The position numbers and the translations under genes were made by a program. This document shows, in pieces, positions 46,823-51,700 of a DNA stretch of 51,700 bases. This stretch comes from Bacteroidales bacterium. GTDB lineage: Bacteria; Bacteroidota; Bacteroidia; Bacteroidales; M50B96. How positions within the stretch are numbered: position 1 is the stretch's first letter; the number at the start of each line of letters is the position of its first letter. The notes below the pieces were generated by a model that made no database searches, was not told where the DNA came from, and was given only the letters and a program-made list of their open reading frames with translations. The stretch lies in NCBI GenBank assembly GCA_021739985.1, contig JAIPAR010000003.1:1-51700 (forward strand). Direction: 5' to 3'.

Positions 46823-49141
46823 CTAGTTAATGACAATTTTACTTTGATGAATGGTTTTTCCATTTTGCAGGAATCGAAGTGTAAACAATCCCTTCCAGGA
46901 TGGATGTAAAGGGATTTGACTTGTATATTTTCCTTCGGGAAGGAGCATGGATTCTACCATTCTGCCCTGAGAATCGAATACTTGCATTACGATTTCCTTA
47001 TTCGAATTTTTGTCAATGGTGATGCTGTCGCTGGCTGGATTTGGAAAGATTTTCAGTTTGTTGCTCAGTACATTTTCATCGATGTTTAAACTGCGATCTC
47101 TGAATGCCAGCGTATATTCACCTTTCTCTACTTCGGTGGTCGATAAATAACCTACACGGGTAAATCCCTGGCGAATAAAGCTGATTTCCTGCCAGTCGGT
47201 TTCAGGTCCCGTTCGGTAAAGTAGTACCAATGAATCTGCTGACATTGGATAGGTAAACCAGGTATAATCGAGCATTCCGCTTGAGGTCGTTTCGCTGGAA
47301 TAATGAAACTTGAACATCCCTGAAAAACCTGGTGGGATATATCCTTGTATCTTCCAATAGCGCGAATTACTTAAAATGTAATTGGGATGAGGAGTTTTGA
47401 AATTATCCGGCGCAATCCAGTTTTGTTCCACTCTTACATAGGCACTGTCGGAGTTTGCATCTATTTCATACTTGAAGTAGGTATCTGCCAGTGTGCCCGT
47501 TGTTCCGGCTTTCATCGTTACCCATTGGTCCGTTGTTGCATCCATATAGTCTTCTGCCGGGTCAAGAATGATGTCGATTGGATCGAAATCAAGTATATAA
47601 GATTGATTTCCAATCGTATCCATCATACTAAACCATTCGTATTGCATACTCAGGTCGGGTTTAAGAAAACCGATTTTTAAGCGTGTATGAATATGGTAGT
47701 TATCAGCATCTTTTTTTCGCTGTCTCACATAAACTGTGACAGCCGTTCCGTTCCCGGCCGGTATAAGTACGGTGGAATCGATGGAAAAATGCAGCCAGCC
47801 GGGTTGATAAATATGAGCATCGAAGAAGGGCTGTAAATCAATCCCGCTGCGGTCGCTGAGATAGGTATTTAAGTCGCTAACCGATACATCATTAAAAGCG
47901 GAATCCTGCATGAGCTGGGTCAGAGCTGCATAAAAAACGCTGTCGCCCAAATATCCACGCAAGCTATGAGCCATATCGGCCCCTTTTTTATAGATGGTCG
48001 ATGAGTAGGTATCTTCATTTCCGATTCCGTAGAGTGGGAGATGGCCTTCCTCATGATGAAGGGTGCGTAAATTCAGCGCATGCCGGCTGCGGGCATAGTC
48101 CTTAGCCGCTTCTTTACCATACACAGCCTCCATGAAATCTTCTTCGAGGAAACTCGCCCATCCTTCGTTAATCCACATGTCTTCAGCGGTTTCACAGGTG
48201 ATGAGATTGCCAAACCAGGCATGAGCAAGCTCATGAGCCATCGTTCGTTCACCCGATAATGTACCATCAATATAACCCGTTGGGAATGCAATATTACAAA
48301 CGTGCTCCATCGCGCCAACAGGTGTATTTACATATCCGATTCGAGGCCAGCGATATGGGCCATATTTACTTTCAAAAGCATGCAAAGCATCCGGAAGATG
48401 TACAAATGAATTCGTATTTCCGGCAATCGAGGGTTGTAGGTAATGGCTAACCGGAATCATTCTTTCAATACCCTGTATCGAATCAATAATAACCTGATAG
48501 TTTGAAACTGCTACAGACGCCAGATACGTGGGAATAGCTTCATCCAGCTTCCAATGATGGATAAATTTATTCACGGGGTAATCTTCCGGGTATGAGTTTA
48601 TATGGATGCCGCTGCAAGTAACTGTATGGAGAATGCCTGTTTTGATAAAGTATTCATAGCTAGCCCGATCGGTAAATGTGTCCACACAAGGGAACCAGGC
48701 TTTGCCCAAATTGTGGGGGTTGGCCCCAAAGCCGACTCCCAGATTAAAAGCAATTCCGGAGCTGAATAGGAATCCGCCCCAACCAGTCGGGTCAACCATC
48801 GGATGCCCATGGTAATAAACATGAACCTGATGATTTTCATTCAAGGATAAAATCGTATCGAAATTCACCGAAATAATCGAGCCATCGTAAGTATATGAAG
48901 TCAGATGGTTGGCTACCACAGAATCGACAGTCAGGTTCCACAATTCTAATTGGATGCTTTGCTGATTGGTTTGCAAAGCTTTAAAAGTCACCAGGCAGGA
49001 GCCTGAGATTTGCTGATTGGTAAAATCCGAAATATCCAGATTGATTTGATAATGAGTCACATCTGCCAGTTCACCGGGAGTTTGGGCGAAAAGCCGGAAT
49101 CCCAGCATTAGACCCATAAAAGTCAGCCAAAAGCCTTTCAT
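46823..49141 (-). CDS. M1-family zinc aminopeptidase with C-terminal T9SS sorting domain
   Basis: 772 aa with a signal peptide. Gluzincin motif HELAHAWFGNLITCETAEDMWINEGWASF (HExxH…E). C-terminal CTD KIFPNPASDSITID…KIVIN. Confidence 0.85.
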   Translation of the reverse strand: MKGFWLTFMGLMLGFRLFAQTPGELADVTHYQINLDISDFTNQQISGSCLVTFKALQTNQQSIQLELWNLTVDSVVANHLTSYTYDGSIISVNFDTILSLNENHQVHVYYHGHPMVDPTGWGGFLFSSGIAFNLGVGFGANPHNLGKAWFPCVDTFTDRASYEYFIKTGILHTVTCSGIHINSYPEDYPVNKFIHHWKLDEAIPTYLASVAVSNYQVIIDSIQGIERMIPVSHYLQPSIAGNTNSFVHLPDALHAFESKYGPYRWPRIGYVNTPVGAMEHVCNIAFPTGYIDGTLSGERTMAHELAHAWFGNLITCETAEDMWINEGWASFLEEDFMEAVYGKEAAKDYARSRHALNLRTLHHEEGHLPLYGIGNEDTYSSTIYKKGADMAHSLRGYLGDSVFYAALTQLMQDSAFNDVSVSDLNTYLSDRSGIDLQPFFDAHIYQPGWLHFSIDSTVLIPAGNGTAVTVYVRQRKKDADNYHIHTRLKIGFLKPDLSMQYEWFSMMDTIGNQSYILDFDPIDIILDPAEDYMDATTDQWVTMKAGTTGTLADTYFKYEIDANSDSAYVRVEQNWIAPDNFKTPHPNYILSNSRYWKIQGYIPPGFSGMFKFHYSSETTSSGMLDYTWFTYPMSADSLVLLYRTGPETDWQEISFIRQGFTRVGYLSTTEVEKGEYTLAFRDRSLNIDENVLSNKLKIFPNPASDSITIDKNSNKEIVMQVFDSQGRMVESMLLPEGKYTSQIPLHPSWKGLFTLRFLQNGKTIHQSKIVIN

Positions 49142-49197
49142 CTTGTATAAAATTTAATCTATTCAAACATACAAAAGATTTATCAAGCAGGTTATAA

Positions 49198-49686
49198 TGG
49201 TTAATGATTAATGGTGAATTCGTGAATTCGTGGCAAAATCAATTCGTGAATTCGTGGCTGATTAATTCGTGAATTCGTGGCTTATTAATTCGTGAATTCG
49301 TGGCTTAATCAATTCGTGAATTCGTGGCTGATTAATTCGTGAATTCGTGGCAGATTAATTCGTGAATTCGTGGCTGATTAATTCGTGAATTCGTGGCTGA
49401 TTAATTCGTGAATTCGTGGCAAAATTAATTCGTGAATTCGTGGCAGATTAATTCGTGAATCCGTGGCTACTCAATTCGTGAATCCGTGGCTGATTAATTC
49501 GTGAATTCGTGGCTTAATCAATTCGTGAATTCGTGGCTTAATCAATTCGTGAATTCGTGGCTGATTAATTCGTGAATTCGTGGCTGATTAATTCGTGAAT
49601 TCGTGGCAAAATCAATTCGTGAATTCGTGGCAAAATCAATTCGTGAATTCGTGGCTTAATCAATTCGTGAATTCGTGGCTTAATCA
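49198..49686. repeat. tandem repeat array 2: 14-bp leader units followed by about 20 copies of a 23-24-bp unit (core AATTCGTGAATTCGTGGC plus a 5-6-nt variable tail). It is the inverted counterpart of array 1
   Basis: Leader ATGGTTAATGATTA ATGGTGAATTCGTG, then 20 units. Tails: AAAATC, TGATT, TTATT, TTAATC, AGATT, AAAATT, TACTC. The reverse complement of the core (GCCACGAATTCACGAATT) differs from the array 1 core at one position. Two units (49456-49500) carry aatCcgtggc, which is identical to array 1. Each unit contains two GAATTC sites. Non-coding, with stops in all plus-strand frames. Confidence 0.9.
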
Positions 49687-49729
49687 ATGAAATAACTTGC
49701 CTGAAAACGATCCTCCTTTTTCTTTAGAA

Positions 49730-51700
49730 TTATCTTCCAAAATACTTTTGCACTAATAAAAGAAGCTCCTCTTTATTAATGGGTTTTGCAATATAGTCGT
49801 TGCATCCGGCTTCTATTGCCTTTTCCCTGTCGCCTGTAAATCCAAAGGCCGTTTGGGCAATGATTACTACATTGCTATTAAATTTCCGGATTTCTCGGGT
49901 GGCATCATATCCGCTCATGCCGGGCATTTTGATGTCCATAAGAATGAGATCAGTTTCAGGGTTCTCACGACATAAATCAATGGTCTCCTGACCATTTTTT
50001 GTATAGATAATTTGGCTAAAGGTATTTTTAAAGATAACACCAAAAAGCATTTTACTGGTTTCATCATCCTCGGCTATGATCACTGATAGATTACTTAAAG
50101 CTGTTTGTGGTTCCTTATTTATGTTTTCTGTATCATCGCATTCTTTTACAAATAGAGTCGAATATGGAATGCAAAAAGTGAAGGTTGATCCAGAACCTTC
50201 TTTTGAAGTTACACTAATATGTCCTCCAAGCATATCAACATACGATTTAGCAATGGCAAGCCCAAGGCCCGAGCCTTCATAAACTCTTGAATCTTCAATA
50301 TCGGCTTGTTCAAAACGGTTAAAAATAGCATCAATCCTATTTGCGGGTATTCCTATTCCAGTATCTTTTACATAAAACTCCAGGTATTCCGTATCCTGCG
50401 CTTTTTTTAGGGAGCAAGCAAAAGTAATTTCTCCCTTTTTGGTAAATTTTATAGCGTTCTTAATCAGGTTGGTTAGTATTCCTTCCAATTTGTGCTTGTC
50501 GGTAACAAAGCGTGTTTCTTTATCCGATAGGCATGGTTTATAAATCAGTTCCAGCTCTTTAGCTTTTGCCTGTTGGTAAAAAAAGTTATACTGTTCATCC
50601 AGAATTTTATTTACCGACACCTCCGTTTTAGAAACGTTAACCAAACCAGCTTCAATTCTCGAAATATCAATAATATCAGTAACCGTGGCAATTAATCTGT
50701 CGCTGCTTTTATTTATGATATCGAAATAATGTTGTTTCTGTTCATTATCAATATCAGAATCTTGCAGGAGTCCAATAAAGCCTGTAATCCCGTTTAGAGG
50801 GGTGCGTATTTCGTGGCTCATATTATTAAGAAAAGCTGTTTTCAGGCGATTACTTTCTTCTGCTTTTTCTTTAGCCAGTATCAAATCAGTATTAAGCTGT
50901 TTTAGTTCTGTAATATCCTGGTTAATTACCTGAAAATGTTTTTCTCTATTCCAGATTACTTCTTTACGCCACACTTTTATGTACCTGATTTCTCCGTTTT
51001 TTCTCCGGATGCTTATTTCATAATTAGAGGTATCCCCGCCGGCTTGTCGGATTTTTTTCCTTTCCTGATGCTCCTGATAGCTTTTCTCAGTGTACCTTTC
51101 TACGGCACTGGTGTAAAGAAATTCATCAAGAGACGAGAATTCATAAATATCCAATAGCTCTTTGTTGACATAGATAGTTTTCCCTTCCTGGTTTACAATT
51201 CGAATACCTAATGGCGATTCATCGATGGAATGTTTGAAATTGTTTTCCGCCTGTTTGCGTTCTGTAATATCTTCAGCAACTTTAATATAGTTGATGATTT
51301 TGCCTTGCTCATCAAAAATGGGCGAAACAGAAGCTAATTCCCAAAACAATTTACCGTTTTTCTTTTTATTTTGAAACTCTCCTCGCCAAACTTCTCCCGA
51401 TGTTATGGTTTCCCAAAGTTCTTTGTAAATTTCATCAGAATGTTCTCCGGATTTCAATATTCGGGGATTTTTCCCGATGGCTTCATCTAAGCTAAAACCA
51501 GTAATTTCAGTAAATTTCGGATTTGCATATTGCAGGTTTCCATCGGTATCAGTTATGGCTATAACAGAAGGACTTTGAGTAACGGCGGTAGAGAGTTTAA
51601 TTAGTTCGATCTCTGCATTCTTGCGCTTGGTGATGTCCGTAAAGGCCGCGAGGAGGCCAGTATAAACTCCTTTATTAAAATAGGGAACTCCACCAACTAA
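49730..51700 (-). CDS. hybrid sensor histidine kinase/response regulator with multiple PAS domains; N-terminal part lies outside the window
   Basis: Reading frame is open to the window edge. The ORF track's 51457 is only the first in-frame TTG. PAS segments, HisKA H-box (MSHEIRTPLNGITGF), HATPase_c (GSGLGLAIAKSYVDMLGGHISV) and a C-terminal REC domain (LILMDIKMPGMSGYDATREIRK). Confidence 0.85.
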   Translation of the reverse strand, partial: LVGGVPYFNKGVYTGLLAAFTDITKRKNAEIELIKLSTAVTQSPSVIAITDTDGNLQYANPKFTEITGFSLDEAIGKNPRILKSGEHSDEIYKELWETITSGEVWRGEFQNKKKNGKLFWELASVSPIFDEQGKIINYIKVAEDITERKQAENNFKHSIDESPLGIRIVNQEGKTIYVNKELLDIYEFSSLDEFLYTSAVERYTEKSYQEHQERKKIRQAGGDTSNYEISIRRKNGEIRYIKVWRKEVIWNREKHFQVINQDITELKQLNTDLILAKEKAEESNRLKTAFLNNMSHEIRTPLNGITGFIGLLQDSDIDNEQKQHYFDIINKSSDRLIATVTDIIDISRIEAGLVNVSKTEVSVNKILDEQYNFFYQQAKAKELELIYKPCLSDKETRFVTDKHKLEGILTNLIKNAIKFTKKGEITFACSLKKAQDTEYLEFYVKDTGIGIPANRIDAIFNRFEQADIEDSRVYEGSGLGLAIAKSYVDMLGGHISVTSKEGSGSTFTFCIPYSTLFVKECDDTENINKEPQTALSNLSVIIAEDDETSKMLFGVIFKNTFSQIIYTKNGQETIDLCRENPETDLILMDIKMPGMSGYDATREIRKFNSNVVIIAQTAFGFTGDREKAIEAGCNDYIAKPINKEELLLLVQKYFGR

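Overview
This is a 51.7-kb chromosomal window that looks Bacteroidota: AT-rich (about 40% GC by eye), four C-terminal T9SS-type sorting domains, and the characteristic parA-parB-DUF5683-LysM lytic transglycosylase cluster. Gene content is dense and mostly housekeeping or envelope-related.

Core genes that can be named:
- acyl-CoA carboxyltransferase 3' fragment plus biotin-carrier protein
- ispE, recR
- parA-parB-DUF5683-MltD-like cluster
- lipid-kinase-FecCD-ABC ATPase operon
- a solitary 1066-aa UvrD-helicase/PD-(D/E)XK nuclease
- tRNA-His(GTG)
- ychF, split-transketolase N-terminal subunit, ligA, ABC-F/Uup
- MarR-GPx-MFS module
- KamA-family radical SAM enzyme next to a pentapeptide-repeat protein
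- flotillin-NfeD pair, TauE, nth
- a hybrid PAS sensor kinase running off the 3' edge

Four T9SS cargo proteins are present: a 7x PKD/MAM-like giant, an M14 carboxypeptidase, an FG-GAP beta-propeller protein and an M1 aminopeptidase.

I found no CRISPR array, IS element or integrase.

The most unusual signal is a pair of large non-coding tandem-repeat arrays in inverted orientation. Array 1 is about 30 copies of a 23-24 bp unit at 33133-33840. Array 2 is about 20 copies at 49198-49686. Both share the same roughly 18-20-nt core, with a 3-6-nt hypervariable tail in each unit. They flank a 15.4-kb, strand-coherent block of 14 genes. A third, related 14-bp microsatellite sits at 31948-32020 and has the same sequence as the leader of array 2.

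Other points worth a second look:
- a GT2 glycosyltransferase fused to an internally deleted, catalytically dead polyprenyl-phosphate sugar-transferase scaffold
- an 840-bp ORF-free block with two 65-bp repeats and a purine-rich tract
- a roughly 190-bp imperfect inverted-repeat element between convergent genes
- an orphan transketolase N-subunit
- a lipid kinase translationally coupled to an iron-type ABC importer that lacks a binding protein
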